Virus record (IMG/VR): IMGVR_UViG_3300029784_000011
Span: 1-44,487 of that record
DNA from: a virus
Strand: one strand, 5' to 3'
Length of the DNA stretch: 44,487 bases
Shown: piece by piece, positions 1-7,634 of the stretch
Position numbering within the stretch: the first letter of the stretch is position 1
Layout of the letters: each line of letters begins with the position of its first letter
The notes under the pieces: model-generated
Databases searched by the model: none
Told to the model about the DNA's origin: nothing
The model's input: the letters and a program-made list of their open reading frames with translations, nothing else
Position numbers and translations under genes: made by a program

Positions 1-108
1 ATAATAATAATCTATGAGAAGTTGATTGTAATCGTTGATATTAAAAGGTTTGAGAGTGATTACTATAAAAAGTGTAACGAGAATGTAACATTTGATAAGA
101 TTAGTCGC
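1..108. repeat. Left copy of the 108-bp perfect terminal direct repeat (attL/attR core or circular-assembly/DTR overlap)
   Basis: Base-by-base comparison shows 1-108 identical to 44380-44487. It is AT-rich, contains TGTAAC x2, and overlaps the integrase stop codon (101-103). Confidence 0.95.
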
Positions 109-1228
109 ACTTTTCCACAGATTGAGACAACATCGTTCCTAATGCTGACGCTATTTCGTCATCATTATTTTTTTGCTCGAATAAGTGCGTATATATACCT
201 AGCGTTGTTGATATGTTTGAATGCCCCATGCGCTTAGAAACTATCTCGGGATTCACGCCTAATGAAATGCATATCGAAGCGTATGTGTGACGCAGCGCAT
301 GAAAAGAGATTGGTTCAAGCCCTATTTTCTTCATATAGGATTGTAGCCGTGTTATGCATAGAGAAGCATGGAAAGCTTCTCCGTTTTCTTCTTTCAGCAA
401 ATAAGGTGAATCAACCCATGCCTTCCCATACTTTAGTTTTCTCTGTATGTGCTGTTTACGAAGTGCTATAACATCATCAACTACCAATTGTGGAAGTATG
501 CATAGCCGTTCACCGGAAGATGTTTTCGTTTCCTTGACGAACACTTCCCTTAAATTGGGTGAATACCGTGCACGCTTAATATAGAACCTTCCATCATCAG
601 GAATTTCATCTTCCATTATTCCTAACACTTCCCCTTTTCGAAGCGATCCGAACAACGCAAGTTCGAAACAGACTTTATAATCGAGTGGCAGTTCGTCTAG
701 GTGTGAGCAGAAAACAGTGAAATCTTCAGGTGACAATATCTGTACTTCCTTTTTTCTTACGGAAGGAAGACTTACATCGTGACATGGATTCGTCTTAATG
801 AGATTCCACGTCACAGCAATAGAGCAACAGTTACGAAGAAGGGAGTATGTGAAGCGGATTGTTCTCGGTGAAAGCTCGGAAGATAAATCATCAACCCACA
901 TTTGAAGGGTGCGAGGGGAAAGCTTTTCAAGGCGCAACAAACCGATGGTGTTGTCTATGCGGTTGCGCTGATCGTTGTAGGTGTGAATCGTATTTGGGGA
1001 TTTATTATTGATAACCTGACTCCATACAGCATTACACATGTCGGAAACGGTTCTGCATTGGGCGGATATTCCCGATATTGACTCAACCCATTCATTTATT
1101 TGATTGTTTAAATCTCGTTTTGTGGAAGCGTGAAACACTTTTGATTTCTGCTTCCTTTTTCCTACATAGTCGGTGTTAATATCAATCCACACTCTGTACT
1201 TATTCTTTTCCAGTTGCTTTATATGCAT
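101..1228 (-). CDS. int: Tyrosine recombinase / phage integrase
   Basis: 375-aa ORF. The C-terminal catalytic region has ...SFHALRHTYAS... and ...GHSNISTTLGIYTH... (R..HxxR..Y signature of tyrosine recombinases). It sits next to the terminal repeat and the repressor gene. Confidence 0.93.
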   Translation of the reverse strand: MHIKQLEKNKYRVWIDINTDYVGKRKQKSKVFHASTKRDLNNQINEWVESISGISAQCRTVSDMCNAVWSQVINNKSPNTIHTYNDQRNRIDNTIGLLRLEKLSPRTLQMWVDDLSSELSPRTIRFTYSLLRNCCSIAVTWNLIKTNPCHDVSLPSVRKKEVQILSPEDFTVFCSHLDELPLDYKVCFELALFGSLRKGEVLGIMEDEIPDDGRFYIKRARYSPNLREVFVKETKTSSGERLCILPQLVVDDVIALRKQHIQRKLKYGKAWVDSPYLLKEENGEAFHASLCITRLQSYMKKIGLEPISFHALRHTYASICISLGVNPEIVSKRMGHSNISTTLGIYTHLFEQKNNDDEIASALGTMLSQSVEKCD

Positions 1229-1230
1229 GA

Positions 1231-1575
1231 CTACTTCCTTTTGTTAATCACAAAATCAATATAATCAGATACGTTTTCCATATCGGAAGGAGATAAGCGA
1301 CCAATTTTGTCGCATAGCAAATCGTATAAGCTTTTATCAATATGCTCATCGTCAAAAGTTTTTAATTCATTCCATCCTGTTAAATAAGAAATTGAACAGT
1401 TTAAAACAGAAGCAAACCTCGGAAGCTTGCTTCTCGGTATATCCCCGGTGCCGTTTTCAATTTTGAATATTGAGGCTTTTGATTTGTATCCCAGTGCTTT
1501 TGCCAAGTCTTCTTGCGACATATCCATTGCCAATCTTCTGCTTTTTACTCTGTCCCCTATAGTTTCAATACTCAT
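1231..1575 (-). CDS. XRE/CI-type lysogeny repressor
   Basis: HTH segment MSQEDLAKALGYKSKASIFKIENG. Start trimmed to ATG at 1575, which is preceded by GGAGGTGG. The upstream part of the track ORF has no RBS. Divergent from a cro-like gene. Confidence 0.8.
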   Translation of the reverse strand: MSIETIGDRVKSRRLAMDMSQEDLAKALGYKSKASIFKIENGTGDIPRSKLPRFASVLNCSISYLTGWNELKTFDDEHIDKSLYDLLCDKIGRLSPSDMENVSDYIDFVINKRK

Positions 1576-1648
1576 AATGCCACCTCCTAGCGCAATAATA
1601 GCATATAGCAAAAAAGTGAACAATAATTTTCAAAAAATTGAAAAAATA

Positions 1649-1702
1649 CGTTGACTTATATTAGCCAAGATGTTATTATATGACTGTAAAAAGTAGTCAA
1701 CG
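1649..1702 (+). promoter_or_regulatory. Early rightward promoter with candidate operators (lysis/lysogeny switch)
   Basis: TTGACT (1651-1656), 17-nt spacer, TATTAT (1674-1679) with TGt extended -10. An 8-bp inverted repeat CGTTGACT (1649-1656) / AGTCAACG (1695-1702) brackets the promoter. Confidence 0.6.
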
Positions 1703-1717
1703 GAAAGGAGGTGCTTG

Positions 1718-1933
1718 ATGGTAAATACTGAACTTCTAAATTTGAAAATTAAAGAATCAGGACTTAAGAAAAGTCAGTTGTGCAAAGCGATGGGTATTAC
1801 TTATCAGGCGTTTCGCCGTAAGAGAATCAATGCATCCGCTTTCACGTCACAAGAAGTAAACACGCTGTGCGAATTGCTTAACATTAGAACAATGGCAGAA
1901 ATGAAGAAAATTTTTTTTAGCCAAAACGGCTAA
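1718..1933 (+). CDS. Cro-like small HTH regulator
   Basis: 71-aa ORF with HTH (SQLCKAMGITYQAFRRKR). GGAGG lies 6 nt upstream of ATG 1718. Divergent from the repressor. Confidence 0.7.
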   Translation: MVNTELLNLKIKESGLKKSQLCKAMGITYQAFRRKRINASAFTSQEVNTLCELLNIRTMAEMKKIFFSQNG

Positions 1934-1978
1934 TTTTCTTAGCCAAATCAGCTGAAAAGTAAACGAATGGAGGCTGTG

Positions 1979-2158
1979 ATGTTTGTGAAAGTATCAGAGT
2001 TCGCGGAAATCATGGGTATTAGCACGGTTTCTGTATACCGACTTATTGAGAGCGATTCAATTCCGTACTACAGAGTTGGGAAGTGCATTCGACTCAATAT
2101 TGATGATTTTCGCAAGGGAAAGGAAAAAGGTTATGAAGAGCTTCAGATTGAAGGTTAA
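1979..2158 (+). CDS. Excisionase-type (MerR-like) HTH DNA-binding protein
   Basis: VKVSEFAEIMGISTVSVYRLIESDSIPYYRVGKCIRL matches the excisionase/AlpA HTH pattern. GGAGG lies 5 nt upstream of ATG 1979. An alternative start is at 1967. Confidence 0.65.
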   Translation: MFVKVSEFAEIMGISTVSVYRLIESDSIPYYRVGKCIRLNIDDFRKGKEKGYEELQIEG

Positions 2159-2276
2159 AAAGTTCCTCGAAGAGGAATCGGCTGAGGAGTACAACGGCGA
2201 CACGCTGGGAATGTACATCGGAGGCACAATCGGAACACTGATGATGGTAGCAATGATTTTGTTGGGAGGTATGTAG
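2133..2276 (+). CDS. Small membrane protein (47 aa)
   Basis: C-terminal hydrophobic stretch MYIGGTIGTLMMVAMILLGGM. ATG at 2133 after GGAAAAAGG. Overlaps the end of the previous gene by 26 nt. Confidence 0.45.
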   Translation: MKSFRLKVKKFLEEESAEEYNGDTLGMYIGGTIGTLMMVAMILLGGM

Positions 2277-2277
2277 A

Positions 2278-2520
2278 ATGGATTTCATGATTACAAGCGT
2301 TGATGATGTTAGCAGACAGGTGCATTACAGCATTAACAAGGTCGGAAACAAGTACGCGGTGAGAGCGCATAACGACAAGAACGGGAGAAGCGTTAGCAGA
2401 ACGTTTGACGAGCTGATGGAAGCTTATAAGGTGTTCGAGAAGATTGTTTCCTGGGTGGTCTTCGGTCTGTATGCAGACAACGACAGAATGGACTTTATCG
2501 AGAAGGGAACAATGAAATAG
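2278..2520 (+). CDS. Hypothetical early protein (80 aa)
   Basis: Tightly packed in the early operon. No recognisable motif. Confidence 0.6.
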   Translation: MDFMITSVDDVSRQVHYSINKVGNKYAVRAHNDKNGRSVSRTFDELMEAYKVFEKIVSWVVFGLYADNDRMDFIEKGTMK

Positions 2521-2525
2521 GTGGT

Positions 2526-2729
2526 ATGCAGATGATTAAGACAGATGAGTTTGGAATGGTAACCGTTGGAGGAATGATTTATAGCCTGTTCACTGAGTAT
2601 GCAGCCGCTGGAAGGGCAATTGCAAGAGGTGCAATTTCAGAAGGATACGACGAAAGAGTACTGAGAGTGGTGTTTGAACTCTGTTTCAGCGGAGTAATGG
2701 AAGTGTTGGAAGAGGTGGAAAAGAAATGA
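2526..2729 (+). CDS. Hypothetical early protein (67 aa)
   Basis: ORF in an operon context with ATGA overlap to the next gene. Confidence 0.55.
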   Translation: MQMIKTDEFGMVTVGGMIYSLFTEYAAAGRAIARGAISEGYDERVLRVVFELCFSGVMEVLEEVEKK

Positions 2730-2947
2730 AAATTCACAAGGAAATCGTATGGAACAAGGGGGTTAACCCTAGGAAAGACGGAAAGTACCTTTTCGTTGAG
2801 TTCTGGAAGGACGGTTCAGTCCTCTATTCAGCCATTATTGGCTACACTGTTGCTCACGGATGGAACACTTCTGAGTACACCAACGAGAACTCATTCGGAC
2901 AGAACCCGAACAACGGAGCTTATGTGTGGGCGGAATTGTCGTTCTAA
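2726..2947 (+). CDS. Hypothetical early protein (73 aa)
   Basis: ATGA start/stop overlap with the upstream ORF. No motif recognised. Confidence 0.55.
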   Translation: MKIHKEIVWNKGVNPRKDGKYLFVEFWKDGSVLYSAIIGYTVAHGWNTSEYTNENSFGQNPNNGAYVWAELSF

Positions 2948-3017
2948 GCGAAAAGCCCATGCCGAAGCATGGACTAATCAAAACAACCAACTGTATTGTA
3001 TCACAAGGAGAACAAAA

Positions 3018-3242
3018 ATGAAATACGAATGCGAAAACTGCGGAGCGTTTTACTCCGACGAAGACATCACCGAGGAGGGCGAAATGAGAGAAGATTGCTA
3101 CGGAGTCCGATTCTGGGCAACATTCCATTACTGCCCTTGCTGTGGCGAGGAAGTAATCACGGATGAGGACTACGAGGACACCGAAACCATCGAGGATATC
3201 AACAAGTCGCTGTATAGCGAATGGATGAGACAAGCACTTTAG
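3018..3242 (+). CDS. Zinc-ribbon protein (74 aa)
   Basis: CxxC ... CPCC pattern (MKYECENCG...HYCPCCGEE). AAGGAG lies upstream of ATG 3018. The longer track ORF (2796) overlaps the previous gene and lacks an RBS. Confidence 0.6.
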   Translation: MKYECENCGAFYSDEDITEEGEMREDCYGVRFWATFHYCPCCGEEVITDEDYEDTETIEDINKSLYSEWMRQAL

Positions 3243-3255
3243 GAAGGAGAAAAAT

Positions 3256-3951
3256 ATGGAACTGAAATTCCGAAAACTCAATGCAGACGAAATCGACTGC
3301 CGGGTCCAGCAGATTAAGCCTAACGGCTTAACGCTGCTGCTGTACAAGGATGCACGCTGTGACCAAAACATCCTCGACGAAACGGTCGGTGCGATGAACT
3401 GGCAGCGGCACCACAACAGGGACAACGCCAACTGCATCGTGTCCATCTGGGACAACGAAAAGAACCAGTGGGTCGAGAAGGAGGACACGGGAACCGAAAG
3501 CCGGACCGAAAAAGAGAAGGGGCTTGCATCCGACAGCTTCAAGCGTGCCTGCTTCAACTGGGGCATCGGACGTGAGCTGTACACGGCGCCGTTCATCTGG
3601 ATTCAAGCCAAAGACTGCAACATCACAAAAGAAGGCAAGTGTAATGACCGCTTCGTGGTACGACACATTGGTTACAACGGCGATAAAATCACCGAGCTTG
3701 AAATCTACAACACCAAGACAAGAACTGTTTGCTATAGACTTGGCAAGGCGAACGAACAGAACGAACTTGAAGAAGCGAAAATCGAACCGCACGAGGTGAG
3801 AGTGCTTGAACAGATGATGGAAGAGCTGGGAACGGACACCGAAAAGTTCCTGAAATATTACAAAGTCAAGAAGATTTCGGACATGACCAAAGCGGATTAT
3901 GTTCACGCAAGCAAGGTTCTGAATAGCAAAATCGACAAGGCGAACGCCTAA
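3256..3951 (+). CDS. Rad52/Sak-like single-strand annealing protein
   Basis: ILDETVGAMNWQ and EKGLASDSFKRACFNWGIGRELY resemble the conserved Rad52/Sak N-terminal annealing-domain motifs. GGAAGGAG RBS. Located in the recombination module next to SSB. Confidence 0.7.
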   Translation: MELKFRKLNADEIDCRVQQIKPNGLTLLLYKDARCDQNILDETVGAMNWQRHHNRDNANCIVSIWDNEKNQWVEKEDTGTESRTEKEKGLASDSFKRACFNWGIGRELYTAPFIWIQAKDCNITKEGKCNDRFVVRHIGYNGDKITELEIYNTKTRTVCYRLGKANEQNELEEAKIEPHEVRVLEQMMEELGTDTEKFLKYYKVKKISDMTKADYVHASKVLNSKIDKANA

Positions 3952-4277
3952 TGAAGTCGATTTTACAGGATCGGGAATCCGGATGCCTATTCTGCGGGAA
4001 TCCGAATACGGAAGAACATCACGTATACGGCGGTGCTAATCGAAAGAACAGTACCGCCTACGGAATGATGGTTTACTTGTGCCACGCTCACCACAATGAT
4101 CCGCCGCACGGAGTACACCATAACAGAGAATTAAACGATAGATTGAAGGCATGGGCGCAGGTACGTTTTGAGGAAGCGTACCCGAACATAGAATTTACGG
4201 AGGTTTTCGGAAAAAACTATGCGGATAAAGAATCTGAATCTTCAGACGACACTGTGGAGCGCACAACTAACGATTGA
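3951..4277 (+). CDS. HNH-type nuclease (Ref / RecA-dependent nuclease-like)
   Basis: CLFCG...EEHHVYGGANRKNS...YLCHAHHNDPPHGVHHN: a CxxC plus His-rich HNH-like pattern seen in small phage nucleases. TAATG overlap with the annealase gene. Confidence 0.55.
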   Translation: MKSILQDRESGCLFCGNPNTEEHHVYGGANRKNSTAYGMMVYLCHAHHNDPPHGVHHNRELNDRLKAWAQVRFEEAYPNIEFTEVFGKNYADKESESSDDTVERTTND

Positions 4278-4284
4278 GTGTGAC

Positions 4285-4776
4285 ATGAAGGAAGCTGCGG
4301 AGCTTCAGAGAATCATTGATGAAGCTGGGAAGGTAGATTCTGAGGCGGAATACACGGTGTCTATCAAGCGGCGAAAGAAGAAAAGGTCACTGGACGCAAA
4401 CGCTTATATGTGGGTGCTATTGAAGGAGTTGGCTTTTAAGGTCGAAAATAGCCCCATAGAGCTTTACAAGTACTATGTAAGGGGATTCGGTCAATATTAT
4501 GTAATCCCCGTGCGAGAGGACGCGCTAGAGGCCTTCTCGAAGGTGTGGAGCAGTCATGGTATAGCATGGTTTGTAGATGATATTGGACCATGCCGAAGGA
4601 CGCAAGGCTACCACAACTTGAAAGCGTATTACGGAACATCCGAGTACGATACAAAGTCAATGTCAAGATTGATTGATGAAGTCGTTCTTGATTGCAAAGC
4701 TCAAGGCATTGAAACAATGTCGAGAGAAGAAATTAATTACTTACTGGAAGGAGAGAAGCATGAACAAAGTAATTGA
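4285..4776 (+). CDS. NinB/Orf-like recombination mediator (start uncertain, 4219 possible)
   Basis: KRSLDANAYMWVLLKELAFKV parallels the RSLDQN..LW motif of the lambda NinB family. Position between the HNH and SSB genes. Confidence 0.45.
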   Translation: MKEAAELQRIIDEAGKVDSEAEYTVSIKRRKKKRSLDANAYMWVLLKELAFKVENSPIELYKYYVRGFGQYYVIPVREDALEAFSKVWSSHGIAWFVDDIGPCRRTQGYHNLKAYYGTSEYDTKSMSRLIDEVVLDCKAQGIETMSREEINYLLEGEKHEQSN

Positions 4777-5146
4777 GATTGGTCGGCTGGGGAGAGACCC
4801 TGAACTGACATACGGCGGAGCACATAAGGACACGGCTATATGCAAGTTCACAATGGCTGTGGATAGACCGACGGAGGGTACGGATTGGATTCGCATTATC
4901 GCATTCGGGAAGAACGCGGAGAACTGCAACAAGTACCTGAAGAAGGGAAGCATGGTAGCGGTCGATGGCAGAATTCAGACTGGAAGCTACGATGGCAAGG
5001 ACGGAAAGAAGGTTTACACAACTGATGTTGTTGCAAACAGGGTTGAGTTCCTGACAAAACCAAACAGCGACGGACACCGGGAAGAGCATAGAAGCGAGAG
5101 TGTAACGGACGCATTCATCGGAGTAGACGAGGACTTGCCTTTCTAG
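4760..5146 (+). CDS. ssb: Single-stranded DNA-binding protein
   Basis: OB-fold N-terminus MNKVIEIGRLGRDPELTY... and the canonical acidic tail ...DEDLPF. GGAGAG RBS before ATG 4760. Confidence 0.92.
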   Translation: MNKVIEIGRLGRDPELTYGGAHKDTAICKFTMAVDRPTEGTDWIRIIAFGKNAENCNKYLKKGSMVAVDGRIQTGSYDGKDGKKVYTTDVVANRVEFLTKPNSDGHREEHRSESVTDAFIGVDEDLPF

Positions 5147-5155
5147 GAGGTGGAT

Positions 5156-5926
5156 ATGAAGATTAACGAGAGGAATTTCATCACCCTTGAAGGGTGGATG
5201 AGAACAGACCTGAAGCTTTCGGGGAATGAGCTTATCGTTTATGCGATCATCTATGGCTTTTCACAAAACAAGCAGGGCACGTTTGCGGGGTCTCTACAAT
5301 ACCTCGCAGATTGGGTAGGGTGCTCAAAACGAACTGTTATGAGGACTCTTAACAGACTTGTTGAAGAAAAGTTCATTACCAAAACGGAAACAGCTCTCAA
5401 TAACAACGAAAAACGAGTGTCCTATCAGGCAGATAGAGGGTGTGACAAATTGTCAGGGGGTGTGACAAATTGTCAGGGGGGTGGTGACAAAATGTCACTG
5501 GGGGTAGTGACAAATTGTCAGGGGGGTGGTGACAAAATGTCCACCAATATAAATATATATAATAATACTAATAATAATCATAGAGATATTAATAATGTGC
5601 ATTCGTGTTCTGAATCACCTGAAGAGACCCATGAGGAGACCCCTGAAGAGTTCTTCGAAAGAGCATGGCAGTACTACCCTAACAAGCGGGGAAAAGGTCA
5701 AGTCTCTGAGAAGTCAAAGGAGCGATTAATGAGCCATGGCTGGGATAATGTAAAACGTGCCATTGATAGATACCTTGAGGATTTAAAGAAGGACGAGTGG
5801 CGGCAAGCACAGAACGGAAGCACGTTCTTCAATAGCGGATACATAGATTATCTCGATGAGAACTATACACCGCCAATGAATCCGAAACTTGACTACAGCA
5901 AGACCGACTTAGACGATTTGTTTTAA
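5156..5926 (+). CDS. Replisome organiser / replication initiator (N-terminal wHTH, DnaD-like C-terminal domain)
   Basis: N-terminal wHTH (GSLQYLADWVGCSKRTVMRTLNRLVEEKFI). The C-terminus FFERAWQYYPNKRGKG...GSTFFNSGYIDY is typical of phage replisome organiser/DnaD-like domains. Iterons lie in the linker. AGGAGG lies 5 nt before ATG 5156. Confidence 0.75.
   Translation: MKINERNFITLEGWMRTDLKLSGNELIVYAIIYGFSQNKQGTFAGSLQYLADWVGCSKRTVMRTLNRLVEEKFITKTETALNNNEKRVSYQADRGCDKLSGGVTNCQGGGDKMSLGVVTNCQGGGDKMSTNINIYNNTNNNHRDINNVHSCSESPEETHEETPEEFFERAWQYYPNKRGKGQVSEKSKERLMSHGWDNVKRAIDRYLEDLKKDEWRQAQNGSTFFNSGYIDYLDENYTPPMNPKLDYSKTDLDDLF
5442..5600. promoter_or_regulatory. Putative origin of replication: five iterons plus an AT-rich tract, inside the organiser gene
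   Basis: GTGACAAAWTGTCA (arms TGACA/TGTCA) at 5442, 5462, 5484, 5507 and 5529, a 20-23 bp period, each flanked by a G-run. These are followed by an almost pure A/T tract at 5546-5600. Confidence 0.7.
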
Positions 5927-6439
5927 GGGTGGTGGAATGGTGAAGCACAGAAAAGTGTAGGCCAGGAAAAGAAAAGTTTAGGCAACGGAAGGGATAAGAA
6001 ATGTCTAGAGTGGCGAAGGAATAGTACAGCGATGATTGCCAAAGGAACAGCGTAGACCAGTCACGGAGCTGAAAAGTGTAGCTTGGGCGAAGAAGCGGTG
6101 AGAATAGCGAAGAGCAGCATAGGAATCGCATAGACTTGACTCGCAAAAGAATAGTTTGGAAAAACGATGAATTGCGTGGGAAAAACATAGAGACGAAAAG
6201 AGACGTTGCGGAAGAGCTTAGATTGGAGTGGTGGCGGAAAAGTTTAGAATAGCACAGAGTTGTTTAGGAAAGGCGAAGGAATCGTCCTGAATGGTGAGGA
6301 TTGGCTAGGGAATAGCACTGTAGCGATCGGTTTTGCGGAGGAACCGGATTGAGCCGCAAGGGAAATGAACTGCTTGGAAAAGCGGAGCGAAGGCGTAGTT
6401 TGGAGTGGCATTGAATGGAAAAATCAGGAAGGAGAATGA
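5927..6439 (+). other. ORF-free purine-skewed spacer A (possible ncRNA / protein-binding array / R-loop region)
   Basis: 513 nt with no plausible ORF. About three-quarters purine on the + strand by hand count. 19 TAG triplets close all three frames. Repeated words are RGCGAAGR, GAATRG and AAAAGTKTAG. Confidence 0.6.
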
Positions 6440-7234
6440 ATGAGAGAGTTAAGAGAAAACGAATATGTCCGGGATGGGACTATTTATTGTTCGGTGTGCA
6501 ATACTCCGAAACAGGTGATGATTCACACGAAAAGAGGGCTTCTGATTGTGGAACCAGGTTGTAAGTGCGTTGAAGAGTCACGAAACCTTGAAGAGCGGAG
6601 AAAACGTGAGGTAATTATCCAAAGGAACACAAAGTGTTGCTTTAAGGATTACGGAGAAGAGCAAAAGCTGGCATACAGTCGAACGCTTGAAGAGCTTGAA
6701 GAGAACGAGTACGTGGACAAGGCGAAAGGCTATGCTGACCATTTCGAGGACTTTTCGAGGGATGGGATAGGACTGCTGCTCACTGGCGGAGTAGGGACTG
6801 GGAAATCCACAATAGCCGCTGGAATCGCTAATACACTGCTTCAGAGCGGCTACACGGCACGGTTTACGAACTTCTCATACATCGCAGAAGAGCTTGAGGG
6901 CTTGAAGGGTTATGAGAAGGTTGAAAAACTCATGAAGCTTGTAAGACATAGACTGCTTGTGATAGACGACTTCGGAATCGAGAGGCAAACCTCGACCATG
7001 AAAGAGCTTGTCTACAAAGTGATAAACATGTGCTATGAAGCGAAAACGCCGCTTATTATCACAACGAACATACCGATTGCAGAATTCAAGAAATCAACCG
7101 ATACGATGGATGAAAGATTATACGACCGAATTCTTGAACGGTGCCACCCCATAAAGATGGAGGGTGACAGCAGACGGAGAGAAGCGGTAAGAGCGGAGTT
7201 CCGCAGAAGGGAGGCTCTTCTCAATGCTAATTAA
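6440..7234 (+). CDS. DnaC/IstB-like AAA+ helicase loader
   Basis: Walker A LLLTGGVGTGKST, Walker B LLVIDDFG, sensor ...IITTNI. N-terminal Cys cluster (CSVCN...PGCKC). GGAAGGAG RBS. Confidence 0.85.
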   Translation: MRELRENEYVRDGTIYCSVCNTPKQVMIHTKRGLLIVEPGCKCVEESRNLEERRKREVIIQRNTKCCFKDYGEEQKLAYSRTLEELEENEYVDKAKGYADHFEDFSRDGIGLLLTGGVGTGKSTIAAGIANTLLQSGYTARFTNFSYIAEELEGLKGYEKVEKLMKLVRHRLLVIDDFGIERQTSTMKELVYKVINMCYEAKTPLIITTNIPIAEFKKSTDTMDERLYDRILERCHPIKMEGDSRRREAVRAEFRRREALLNAN

Positions 7235-7634
7235 TGGAGGATTGGGCGAACTTAGAGCGGGAACGGACAGGTACTATCGCTATGACGACGACAGAGAGTA
7301 TGGAGTTGAGAAGCGCTTCACATGTGTTGTCGATGGAGAAGAGGTTGCATTCAGCGGCTGGGGAAAAACAGTCATACTGCCGAAAAGTGAAGCATTAGCA
7401 ATCACTGGACTCCTTGCCGGAAGGGCAAAAGAAGCGCATGACTTTATCAGTTCATACAAGGGGTCAAGCTGCGGATTACCGCTTGGTGAGATTGTAGGCG
7501 CACCGAATGAGAATAAGCCGAAGGATTGGGAACGGATCGCGGAGAGACTCAAACAAGGACAAATGAAGATTGAGTTTGCCGCACGGATTACTGGTGAATC
7601 AGTGGAAACACTGGAAAGATGGTTGAAGGAATAA
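7224..7634 (+). CDS. Hypothetical protein with C-terminal HTH-like segment (136 aa)
   Basis: The C-terminus MKIEFAARITGESVETLERWLK is HTH-like. The N-terminal half is paralogous to the next gene. Confidence 0.6.
   Translation: MLINGGLGELRAGTDRYYRYDDDREYGVEKRFTCVVDGEEVAFSGWGKTVILPKSEALAITGLLAGRAKEAHDFISSYKGSSCGLPLGEIVGAPNENKPKDWERIAERLKQGQMKIEFAARITGESVETLERWLKE

Noticed and set aside
2835-3906. Long minus-strand ORFs (2835-3596, 253 aa; 3328-3906, 192 aa) antisense to the early genes
   Set aside because: They fully overlap well-supported plus-strand genes (the Rad52-like annealase and others). They lack an RBS and have low-complexity, Ser/Leu/Arg/Val-rich, shadow-ORF composition.
5937-6190. 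Four SD-preceded mini-ORFs of exactly seven codons (MVKHRKV, MSRVAKE, MIAKGTA, MNCVGKT), reminiscent of lambda bar minigenes
   Set aside because: With this composition, ATG and stop triplets are both frequent. ORFs of about 5-15 codons are therefore expected by chance. There is no conservation evidence available. I note it only as a possibility.
5927-6439. Stop-codon reassignment (TAG read as a sense codon), which would make the TAG-rich spacer coding
   Set aside because: TAG is used as an ordinary stop by well-supported genes in the same genome (for example the repressor at 1231-1233 and ORFs ending at 2276 and 2520). The spacers also contain in-frame TGA and TAA in every frame.
5927-6439. 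CsrA/Rsm-type sponge RNA, because the spacer has more than 20 GGA motifs
   Set aside because: My rough estimate from the local base composition predicts about the same number of GGA triplets by chance. The motifs are not presented in hairpin loops, since the sequence is too pyrimidine-poor to fold. The purine skew alone explains the count.
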